NCBI GenBank assembly: GCA_964187785.1
Contig: OZ076409.1
Coordinates: 12,464,001-12,528,000, forward strand
Origin: Amphiscolops sp. MND2022
Lineage: Eukaryota
DNA length: 64,000 bases
Reading direction: 5' to 3'
Shown here: one piece after another, positions 41,801-52,777 of the stretch
Layout of the letters: every line of letters starts with the position of its first letter
How positions within the stretch are numbered: position 1 is the first letter of the stretch
Notes under the pieces: model-generated
The model's database searches: none
The model's input: only the letters and a program-made list of their open reading frames with translations
What the model was told of the DNA's origin: nothing
Position numbers and translations under genes: made by a program

Positions 41801-44800
41801 AAAATTGAATTAAGTTATCGTAAATACTTAAAACATTCTTGAACTTAATTCTTGAACATTTAGTTTGAAGAAAAAGTTTGGACCATGTCATCTATCCCCC
41901 GGGCACACCTTGCTGGGAATTCGTACAGCCAAGGATTGTCTCTACACCTGTTTGGACACTTCAGGTTAAAAAAAAGTACCATAAATTTTTGATATTATTG
42001 TCCAAAATAGCAGAAATTCAGGTTTGAAACAAGCTAAAATTGTATAAAAAGGCCCATATTTCAGGGCAAATTTTGTCCGCTATAAAATCTAATGAGCAAC
42101 TTTTAACTGACAGTCAATGTAATGGATAGGATTATATCGACATCAATAATTTTATTGGACCAAAATTTCAACGCAAACGATGTCGACATAATGGAATTTG
42201 AATTCAAATACCATTATGTCGACATCGTTTGCGTTGAAATTTTGGTCCAATAAAATTATTGATGTCGATATAAAATAAGACAAGGTTAATGTTTGTAAAC
42301 GAGAACTTGGCTGCAATAGTACTTGAACTCATACCAATTACTACAATAGTGGCCAATTTCACGTAATTACCCTTTGCGATGATCGAAACGTGTTGGCTCG
42401 TTGAATGAACCATGATTATACCATTTAGTACAGTACGTGCGGTATAAGCTAGCATCAGCATCTTTAATCCTTGGCTACACACGACTAAATGAATTGGTCA
42501 GCATTAGGAGCTGCGCCTACTGAGATGCGATGTTTACAGATGGTATGACTGTGGATACAAAGTTTGAATGAAAGTCTACAGACCTCGTGACAATAGCATC
42601 TGTCAAGAATATGCATGTAGTTTGAGCCATTGTCCTCATCTGGGTGCAACACGATCTGACTACATACTGAAACAATTACGTCATTAGTAGTAACAATGAC
42701 ATCATAATGCGAGATGGTGACTCAAATGAAAACTACATATTGGAGTACGTAGTACTTACGTATGCCAAGCAAGTTGCACACAAGTTCTGGTATATTATCG
42801 CTGTCAAAGGTCAACGTTTGGTTTTCCGGAGCGTTCTGGTCGTCACTGCTGTTGCAACTGCTCTCTGATTCATCCAAGTTTGAAGTCGATTTCGAATGAG
42901 ACGATAATGAATCGCTCTGTGTGGATGAAAGCGACGGTTTCCTGGCATGAACGGTCACCGCATTCTCAGTGTAGCCCTTAATTGGGGTGTTCATCATAGT
43001 CTTAAGATCAGACAGAATTTGCTTCACATTTCCCCCGCTTTCAACCGCGTCTTTCTCCATCTGACGCAATTCCTTAGCCCGGTTGTTCAACTTGCCGATA
43101 GAGAGTATGATTTTTTGCCGGGCACCTTTGGTTACTCCCAGCCCAAAAAGTACCTTCTCGTCTAAAGCTAGCATCTCTTCGTACGTGAATTTGCTGAACA
43201 TCACTGAGTATTTGTGAAGTCGCAGGCTCTTTAACCACGCAGGCACGTCTAAACAATCCAAGCATTGAATGTAAACCTTCTCTGTTTAACAACCCCCACA
43301 ACCGATTTTTTTTGGGAAATTAATGAAAATATAAGGAAAAAAGACTGAAAACCAAACCTAAAACTTCGTTTTTGAATTTAATTTCGAGGTGACAGTTCAG
43401 GATCCAGGTATAAAGTTTGTTCACGCTATTTCTGCATCTGAAGTCACGCATTCTTGATTAAAATATGAAAAACTTCAATTTTAAGTCACAAAAAACAGTT
43501 GAATTTCAACATGTTCACAGTCACAATGTGTGAAAAATGTTTTGATCGAACGAAAACTATTGCAATAGACGATAACTTCCTGTTATGGAAAACGTTATCA
43601 TTTCCTGTTATCACTTCTGATGAACACACTTGGTCATAATTGTTTTAGGTTGTTTTCATACATTGTAAAACCATTATGCTAGCTTTTACGCCACTTTTGA
43701 TGAGTTTGGCTTCTCGATGAATAGTTACCATTAATTAGTCTTGTTTCATTCAATACTATCTATTATAATGAAGTAATATCTCAACCGAATGAGAAGAAAT
43801 TAGCAAAAATTAATTCAGGTCGAAATTACGGAAGGTTGAAAACCCAATAGGTTGAAATGGCAACTGTGCAAATTGCATAGGACGGTGAGGCAACGATTGA
43901 GTCCCAAAACAAATTGAGTCCCAATACAAATTGAGTCCCAAATGCAAAAAGCGTCAATTGAGTCCCGCGACAATTGAGTCCCAAACAAATTACTTTGACG
44001 AACTTACCAAATGCCGACAGTTGAGTCCCAAATGTAAATAGCGATAATTGAAAAGGTTGCATATTTGTTGTATGGCTCGGTCGCTTCGCTCCCTTCGCCA
44101 AGTAGCAACATTGAGGCATGGCCATATGGCACGTCGCCCCGCTTCGCTTCGCTCCTGCATTTAGGGCACTAGGGGTATGTGAACATATCTGACTACGTTA
44201 TAATAATATTTCATTTCTGAATTATTTGGGACTCAATTGTCGCGGGACTCAATTGTCGACCCCCTAAATTTAATTTATTTTGGGACTCAATTGTCGCTTT
44301 TTGCATTTGGGACTCATTCGTCCATTTCCCGCATAGGACGAATGTCATGTAACCATCGAAAGAGTAGTAGTAACCTTTCATGCCGGACTTGTCTTTGGCA
44401 CGTGACTGGTGTTCGTAAGGCTCCGACAGACTTCCAGTGGATCCACCATAGGAACTGTCGTAATCGGGACTGCTTGACAGAGGAGTGGGGGGAGTTGGCA
44501 TGTTGAAAGTAGTGCTGCTGCTGTTACCAGACGAGGCTTGTGACGTAAGCAGGTTCGATGCGAATAAACAATTCGCTCCCATTAGGGCTGAAACAAAGAC
44601 GGGCGCTAAACAGATGAAAATTGAGCTACAACACCAGGAGCTTTGCATTGGGGCGCTTATGAATGTATGAAATGGACGCTTTTTTCTATGACCCAAATCA
44701 GGAATACGAGTTTATGATAAGATCTGCATGTAATCTAGACGCCGACATATATGCAGTAACTGAAAACTATGTGTATTTTATGCACCGAGGGTTCGATATA

Positions 44801-47800
44801 CGAATATTAGAAATAATAGAACTTTGAAAAAACCCAAGCAAAAAAGACAAGAGACGCATTTAGAAGCATTTTTAAAAACAGTATCTTGGAAACATTGGAC
44901 ATTGTTCAGTACTAACTGGGTGGTGCAGACAGGGTAGCTGAAACTGGGCTGTGAAGGGGAACCGAACTAGACGGGGCATCAACTGCTCGTACTCCGTAAG
45001 AACCTGCTTCAAAGGAGTTCGAGTTGGCCATGTTTCCTACACTAGATCGGCTGGGATCTCCACCGCCATATTCCGAGGAACCAAGAGCACTTTCCCGGGT
45101 TGATCCACTTGTATTCCCAACAGGCAAAATGCTGAAACCGAAATGCTGTCTCGTGATGCAATTCATGGCGCAACTGCTGCCAAGATGTGACAACTCCAAC
45201 AATGTGGTTGTGTGTGCTGGTATCTTATATTGTGACCACAAGCAACAGAACTAATACGACGCTACCGACTGCGACCAAGAGTGCAAATAAATTCAATGAT
45301 AGCAGCTTGACGTAAATCCGGATAAAGCCAGTACTACAAGTTTCCGCAAAGCATTACACTAATTACTTAATTGTCAACGACTTGCTATAATTGTACTTGT
45401 TGGTACTAATAATTGGTACTAATAGGAGGTACTAACTCTAAACGTGCAGCTGCGGAGTCCGTGCTGAAACGTGCATTCATGTTGCATTCAGGCTGTTCCA
45501 GAGCCAACAGCAGGGGGGATAAGATTGCCCGTTGGTCGCTACTCAGAGCCGGATGGATTAAAGCATATCTAATAAGCTGTCTGCATTCCTCCAAGTTTTT
45601 ACTTTGGTCCATGCACGCATTTACACATTGCATAATTATTTCTGTGAATATCATTGCAGCTTCGTTATTGCCAGGGCGCAGTAGAGGTATGAAGGAAAGC
45701 AGTTGGAAAACCACTGATGAATCTTTCGAGTCAATCGACTTTAAATGTTCTAAATATCACATTAACGAAATGTAAAAATTGTAATATCTATCTTCCAATC
45801 TGCATGCACGCAATTACTTTTCATCATAGTCACTTTACGTCACTTTGATCCGATAAATACATAATTAGGGTAGAGATTTGAGCCTATTTGAAGTTTGGCC
45901 TCATTCGGGATATTCCAAGAGACAGTCAATCTTTTCAGGTGATATGAACAGAATCAACAGTTTAATTAGAAAACCACTGCTAAAAGTCAAACAAGAAAAC
46001 TCCATCATAGCAAGTTTTGCTTCAGAGAAACAATAGCAAATAAACCCCACAGTTGAGACACCGAAAAACACTGTGTATGTGAAAATACCTTAACTCACTT
46101 ATCGAAGTTGAAAAACGCGAAGATCCCATTTTTATTGCTCAGATTTTGCCGAAAATTTAGAACGAAAGCAAATAAAACGGAAAAGACCCAAGTCGACACC
46201 CCGCTCAAAACTCAAAATGAGCATTCTCAGTATGCTCAGGGAAAATTGCCTTTTGAGGCTCGACAAACGCTTTACCTTAAAGAAAAGCAAAGCCTCAAAT
46301 TACCGAAATGTTTTTTTTTCAAAAAAGTCGGTTAAAGACGAATACGCCCAAAAGGGAGCTTCGGGTTGAAAAAAGGCTTTTCTCTAACTGGAAATTTGAT
46401 AAACGAAGTGTAGACCCTCTAGAGAGGTTACAAAAGTCGCACAAAACCAAAAAGGGGATCCTTTTTTTGGCACTGTCAGACGTTTTGAAAAAAATCGTTT
46501 GGTCAAAGGGCACCCCTTCACTTATCAAAATGTTAACGGCTTGGAAAAAGCGTTTTGCGAGTTTAAGGGGTTTCCTTTTGGGTTTTCGGGAGACTTTTTC
46601 CCGGGAGTAAACTTAATCTCCAAAAACTGGTTTTTATAATTCCACGAAGGGAAAAGGCAGTTTTCGAACCATATGGGTATCCCTTCGGGTAATTTCTGCC
46701 ACTGAAAATTTGATAAAGAATTTCAAAATAAAGTTCCTTTGCACAGTTATAACCAGTGTTGGTTGAAAACAGGTGTTTTTCAAGTTTTTTTTAAATTTCT
46801 AACTATTGTTTCGGATGCCAATTTTGAATTTTTAGATTTATAATGAGCGGTGGCATCAGAGAAAATGTAGGCCGTATATGCAATGTGGGCCGAATTCAAT
46901 CAACTCACACAATCAATTTGTGGCAACCTGGAAAGAGATCTATATGATGTTGCTTCAATGTTCGTGACTTCGTGCCCAATTTCGGCGGGCATCGAACGTG
47001 TATTCAGTACTATGTAGTAATGCACGATGAGAAACGCTGTAACTTGAAACACGAAAAGTTCAAAAGCTTGCTTTCATCAGCATACTTCTGAAAGACTGAT
47101 GCTGCACTTGATTTTAAGCGTTATCGTTTGTTTAAAACATGTTTTAAACGTTTAAAACGTTTTTTAAACGAATCATTTTTTTCAACCTTGGGTATAACAC
47201 TTTACTCGTTTAAATCCTGAGCGAGGCACCGTCTTGGACCGTTCCCGGTTAGTCTTAAGTAGTTAAAAATGTGAAAGAATCGAAGAGACCTTTCGGCATC
47301 CTTAGGTGTACATTGGATTTTAGACTAACTGTTTAAAAAATGGACTAACTTTTCGAAAAAAAGCTGCACGGTGGCGTAAAACCAAAAGGGATAGTGCGGG
47401 ATTAGAACCCATGTATTTTTGCTGCTTCACATCCCCAGCCGTGCCTTTTAACCGCTAGGCCAAGTGTCAAGAGATTTCCATCAATTTAGACATCCGTTTT
47501 TTCGAATTCTTGATATTTAATGAGAATGACATACTTCAGATGCAATAAGTAGCTATCAGGTTAATAGAAACAATTATTAAGCTAGAGTTTTGGGAATCAC
47601 AAACTGGGATCCTTCCTGGTGACATACACAGTTATACACAGAGGAGAAGCCGTGCTTCGCAAACACTTGCGAACTTTCGAAGAAAACCAAATAAGCAATT
47701 TCATACGGAAAACCAAGGGTAAAAGGAGATTAAAATTTCATCAATTTTACAGAGCCAAAAAATACCCGAAGGGACACGCGTAAGCCTCGAAGACCATTCT

Positions 47801-49230
47801 TCCCCAGCAAAAACCCATTCTTTCTCAACGGAAAACCTTAAACAGAAAATAGAAAAAAAATTTCAAAATTTTTCGAAAACATTTTTGATGGTCTCCGGTA
47901 AGTCGCAAAGCCTTGAGGAGTCCTCTCGCAAAACGTTTCGTTTCTTGTAAAAATTGAGCAGGGGCTTCGGTGAAAAATTTTTAAAAAGTCGCATAGAAAA
48001 AAGATCGGTCTTTAAAAAAACGGTCTTTTAAAACTAAAAATTGAGAAAAAATTTTCCGATTTTTTTGAAGTTTCCGCTAAGTCGCATAGTGCCGAAAAAT
48101 GTGAAAAAGGGACCCTTTGGGATTTTTTAACATTCGTTCTCTTGCAAAATATCAAAAAAATTGAAAGGAGGACTCTTTGGGGACATTTAAAAAATTTCGA
48201 AAAAAAAGTCTCACAAAGCCGAAAAGTCTCATAGTGCCGAAAAAAGTCAGAACCTTCTGCTTCGGAATACTTGTAAAAAAAATTAGCGCATACCCACGGG
48301 TTCGAACACGAAACCTCTGGGTTGAAAAGCAAGCATCTTACCACTAGACCACGAACGCGTGAAACCTGCGAGTTGCCGCGTGAAATCAGAGAGTTGTCGC
48401 GCGGAAAAAAAAGCACCCGCACTTTCCCATAACACTTGCTTATCGCAAGTGTAATCACGAACAAGCCGGGAACGACATAAGTCGGCGCCATATCTAAGGC
48501 TTAAAAATAGCAAAAGGACATGAAAGTGTCAAAAAACTCAAAGTATCAAACTCACAAAAAGAGTATCAAACTCACGAAAAACCCAAACGACGGAACCGGC
48601 GCGCCAGGTGCCCGCTAGTACGGGTCCCTAACGCGCTAAAAGGGGAACCCTTTCGCATTTTTTAACATCCATTGTTGCAAAACATCAAACAATTGAAGGG
48701 GGACCCTTTGGTGAAAAAAAATCTGAAAAGTCTCACAATGCCGAAAAAACCGAAAGGGGGACCCTTTAGTCTTTCCCCGTATGGTATGTTACCCGTGCGG
48801 AAAAAGAGAAGAAACATTTTTGGTTCAGTTCGCTAGGCCAAATGATTCAATTTGGGACCATAAAATTTTGTATAACTTTCAAGAACTATTTTGGCCTGTT
48901 CGTGTGGAGAAAAAAGTCACTACAATAATCGGTTTCACTTCATGAAGCGCCGACTAAAAAACATACTGTCATCAATAGAACATAGAAGAAACACTAACCA
49001 CTATCATTGGCGAGATTCTCTAGGGTTGAAAGCTGCGTAGAATTGTAGGCTAAGGACTGTTCCAGAACAATCATAAGAAACTTGGTTTGTTTAAGACTTA
49101 ATCGTTTGATCAAAGCAAATAAAGCCGCAGCCTGCTCGCTTTCATTCCAAGAGTTGAACCAGTTGGTGAGTGCCTCAACTTGATCACGGTGAGCAATTTT
49201 GTTGAAAGCCCAATTTGTGTGGTCACCCAT
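35849..49230 (-). CDS. SAMD4: Smaug / SAMD4 RNA-binding translational repressor, about 1021 aa, 9 exons
   Basis: Exons 49230-48999, 45749-45437, 45131-44917, 44587-44375, 43248-42760, 42666-42584, 38011-37932, 37861-37474 and 36901-35849 splice in frame. Motifs: RDQV..L..WF..WNE.EQ, LPLLRPGN-type, RQLI.YALIHPA, SAM domain GMKDVPAWLKSLRLHKY..GVTKGAR, PHAT-like DEDN...HE|AFT, C-terminal LESLCRSVADHAL. Confidence 0.95.
40665..41651. mobile_element. GGACCATG-TIR MITE, nested in a hAT-like MITE and carrying a 41010-41530 repeat insertion
   Basis: TIR GGACCATGTCATCTAT, TSD GCGATTCG (40657-40664, 41652-41659). A truncated third copy starts at about 41880. Confidence 0.85.
43884..44330. mobile_element. 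Foldback-type MITE with CAATTGAGTCCC arms and core A (inverted)
   Basis: TSD GCATAGGAC (43875-43883, 44331-44339). Inserted in a GAAATTGCATAGG repeat also seen at about 8966-9046. Confidence 0.85.
46754..47190 (+). mobile_element. Internally deleted hAT transposon retaining a transposase dimerization-domain remnant
   Basis: CAGTGTTG...CAACCTTG ends, TSD G(T/G)TATAAC. Internal frame reads CPISAGIERVFS*..HDEKRCNLKHEK (hAT P.SSA..ER.FS...RN.L motif). Confidence 0.75.
48286..48362 (-). pseudogene. tRNA-derived fragment (A and B boxes); similar unrelated fragments at 3531-3600(+), 13328-13400(-), 23596-23670(+), 38291-38362(+), 47393-47468(-)
   Basis: TGGTCTAGTGG...GTTCGAACCC spacing as in tRNA, but the anticodon and acceptor stems do not pair properly. 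Confidence 0.55.
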
Positions 49231-49826
49231 CGCGACCTGTAATATGAAAACATTTTAACCAAGGATTTCTTGCAGATTTATGAAATTCCCTCTCTGACTT
49301 TGGGTGTCAGTACGGATGTTCATTCGAAAACTTTGAAAAGGATGCCATTTCATTCTATTGCCAAATTAAAAATAAAATTCGGAAACGGAAACTATGTGCT
49401 CCAGAACCTTCACAATGGGTTAACAGCTTTATTACAAGCTGTCTATGGGCAATATAAAAAGGGACTGTGCGTACCGAAACCCATTTTTCATATTGGGACA
49501 AATATGAAAGTAGCCCGTTGTTAAAAGGAGGGCGAATAGAAAAATGTTGAAGAGGGTGTCGTATACGCTGCAAGCTGCAGAGCCTCCTTGCGGTGTCATT
49601 AACGGTCCCATATAAAGAAATATTGTAAAACCTTGGTAAGAGGAAAATTTATCAATTGTCTATGGGCAATTAAATCCAAAGTCATTGATTAGACCTGTCA
49701 AAAAAGAAATCAAAAACTGAAACAGACGGCAAACCACGGGAACCGTGGATTAATAACTGAAAAAAAATAGTATTCGTCACTTGCTATCGGTAGAATTGCC
49801 GAATTTACAATCTCAAACTAAACTAA

Positions 49827-49987
49827 ACTCCGCTTATAAGGATTACGTTTATAAAGATATTCCGGTTATAGCGATAAAGTTTTACAGTCCCGGTCACGAT
49901 GTTAGTGTATAACTATTTTCGCCTATAACGATATTCGGATATAACGATTAAAATCGCCAGTCCCCGAGCAATCGTTATAAGCGGAGT
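49827..49987. mobile_element. Small MITE with ACTCCGCTTATAA TIRs
   Basis: ACTCCGCTTATAA...TTATAAGCGGAGT with internal TATAACGAT repeats. Confidence 0.6.
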
Positions 49988-50711
49988 ACAGATATTTTTC
50001 CGTAATTTGATGCCATACAAGCCATCGACTTGAGGCTACAGGGCGCATAAAACAAACAAGACGGGAACGTCTCAAGTCGGCGCTATATCTAAGGCTCAAA
50101 AAGCGCAAAACATTTTTTTTTGGAAAAAAACTTGAAATTTTCGAAAAATTTCTTTCGGAAAATGTCGCACAGTGCCGAAAAATGTAAAAGGGGGACCCTT
50201 TTTGATTTATAAACACGCATTATGTAGCAAAATAACAAAAAACTCAAAGGGGGGACCCTTTGGGGACATTAAAAAATCGAAAGGGGGGACTTTAGTCCCG
50301 TCCGGGCTTGTAGGTAACGTTTAAAAAGTAAATGAATGCGCTCCCCATTTGCCTTTAGCGGTCCAGTAGTTTAGTACTGTATTTAGTAGTTGAACGTTAA
50401 TTTTAACGTTCGTCGCTTCGAGTCTGTCTTAAATAAAAAAAACGAGTGACTGTAATAGTCGGGCTCTTTTCTTAAGAAAAGCGCCGACTAACAAGGTGAA
50501 TCAATTATCAGTGATTTCAAGTCAAGAAATGAAAAGTGTAGAGCTCATGTAAGCTACCATCTCAGTAGGCCGGCAAAAACATACAAAACCATGATCATGA
50601 AAAACTAGAGGCGATGAATTTTTCCAAAAAAAATCGTAGCTTATTACCATATCACAAAGCCATCAATATACGAGCTAAAAAGTTGCTGATTGTCCTAAAA
50701 CTATCTCCGTC

Positions 50712-51147
50712 GGTTTCGTTTCCACAGCGTCGAAAATAAATATTTGGTCCCACAGCGTCGAAATTAAATATTTGGTTCCACAGCGTCGAAAAATTCCATA
50801 TCAGCGATTATTTTCAGGTTATTATCTGAAGAGGTTAGCATATTTGTTGTATGGCACTGTGGCTTCGCTCACTTCGCCAAGTAGCATCATTGAGGCATGG
50901 CCATATGGCACGTCGCTCCGCTTCGCTTCTGCATTTAGGGCACTAGGGGTATGTGAACATAGCTGACTACGTTATCGTAATTTGTTCGCCGCTGTGTAGC
51001 ACACAAATTCAACAAATTATATTCATTCCTTTTTAAAATTTCAACCAATCAGAAGCGTTCAATAATTATAATAAAATTGCTTTCGACCTTATGGAACCAA
51101 ATATTTATTTTCGACGTTGTGGTCTTTCGACGCTGTGGGACATTCCC
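50712..51147. mobile_element. Foldback-type MITE with CCACAGCGTCGAAA arms and core A (inverted)
   Basis: Inverted arm repeats; imperfect TSD CTC(C/T)GTC. Confidence 0.75.
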
Positions 51148-51414
51148 CTCTGTCGGTCACAGTGCCGACGATCCACTAAGCCGAAATTTCATTAAAAAAC
51201 GGTGAACTTGAGCTAAAAAATGAAATGCAAACATACAACACACTGAGTTCCACTATCGCAACAAATTGATATTACCATCAATCAATATTTGCATTCCTCA
51301 ACTTTTTTTCTTCGCCCTGTGTATCATTATGTTGGGGGGAGAAGACATACACCCATCGTCTGCAACGAACGTAGGGAACCCCATACGGGGGAATTCCGGA
51401 CGTTTCGACAAAAG

Positions 51415-51764
51415 GGGTGGGCGGAAGTAGGTCGAAGGAACGGGATCGAAAATCAGAGTTAGTCCTCAGGTCGACATACCAAAGTTTTTGAATGGGATCG
51501 AAACAACTCGGATCGAAATTTTTTCAAAGTAGTCAGATATGTTCACATATCCCTAGTGCCCTGAATGCAGGAGCGAAGCGAAGCGGAGCGACGTGCCACA
51601 TGGCCATGCCTCAATGTTGCTACTTGGCGAAGGGAGCGAAGCGACCGAGCCATACAACAAATACGATAAAATTCGACCGCATTCCATTCGATCTCTGCAA
51701 TTCGATCAAAAGGTTCGACCTCTGTCCTTTCGACCAGAAAAATTCGACCTATTTACAGCCACCC
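51415..51764. mobile_element. Foldback-type MITE with GGTCGAA/TTCGACC arms and core A
   Basis: GGGTGG...CCACCC ends, TSD CGACAAAAG (51406-51414, 51765-51773). Confidence 0.85.
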
Positions 51765-52093
51765 CGACAAAAGACGTTTCGGCAAAAACATGGCGGCGGA
51801 CGTTTCGGCAAAAAAAATATGCCGAAACGTCTCAGGCTAAAAACATTTGCCGAAACGTTTCGTATGATATGTGGGGCATATCCGGTGTATGCACACTCGC
51901 CCCCACCGTCGCAAAGACCAGCTCCCACTACGATCGCTTCGCGATCTCCGTTCCCGCTAGGTCTTTGCTCCTGTTCGACCTCGCTTAGCAAGATGGGAAT
52001 ATAAGCGGCCCCAACGGGCCGCGGGGCACTAGAGGAATGATACATATCAGAGGCACGTTTTATGCTTTGCATCATTCGTACATTAATGGTCTT

Positions 52094-52665
52094 TGTACAA
52101 TGATTCTTAAGGATTGCTCAAAAAGAGTTTTTGTTTGAATTTCAAACCTTCAAATCTTGGTAATGTACCAAGCAATGTCTTCAAAAATCGATATTCTAGA
52201 GCTAACGAACCTTCTCTGTCGACGGACCACTCACAATTTGTGAGATAAAACAATTATTATAAAAAGAATTGTCCAATTATTGTAATTCTCTGGTTCAAGA
52301 AGCCACTTTGGCTTGAGCAAAGGAAATATTGACAAAAAACTGCGGTGAAACTTTTGAGAGATTCAACGTAAAATCAAAGTCTTGTCAATGAAGAAGTCAA
52401 CCATAAGAATTTGATTGGCTGCCCGGCAGCGCGTAGCAGTTTTAATGAACCAAAAAGTATTATTCAATAAATAGGGCATCAAACAGAGTGTAAAATTATA
52501 TCATTTAACGAATATCAGCAGAATGTTTTATATATAGTAGCTCGAAAGTGCTTTTTGGTATTTTCGGGTCTAACATTCTTCCTGTTGACTGAAACTCTTG
52601 TTTAAAAATTTCGTTCAAAATGTTTCTTTACTCTGCGACATGCTTCAAAAATTTCGTTTCCAACA
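52094..52665 (-). repeat. 3' LTR of the BEL/Pao element
   Basis: Preceded on the minus strand by a purine/G-rich tract GGGCGAAATCAAGGCGGCCGGTA (52666-52688). Confidence 0.95.
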
Positions 52666-52777
52666 TACCGGCCGCCTTGATTTCGCCCAGTAAATCAAAT
52701 AGGAAGATTCTTTAATAACTGTTGATCACTCAGCAATAGTTCCATAAAATGTATCAATGCTCCAACGTGTTTGAGAT

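Noticed and set aside
51492..52075. ORFs of 108-170 aa sharing MAMPQCCYLAKGAKRPSHTTN with ORFs at 43826-44125 and (variant) 59583-59879
   Set aside because: The shared peptide is just core A translated; flanking frames are unrelated and indels occur between copies.
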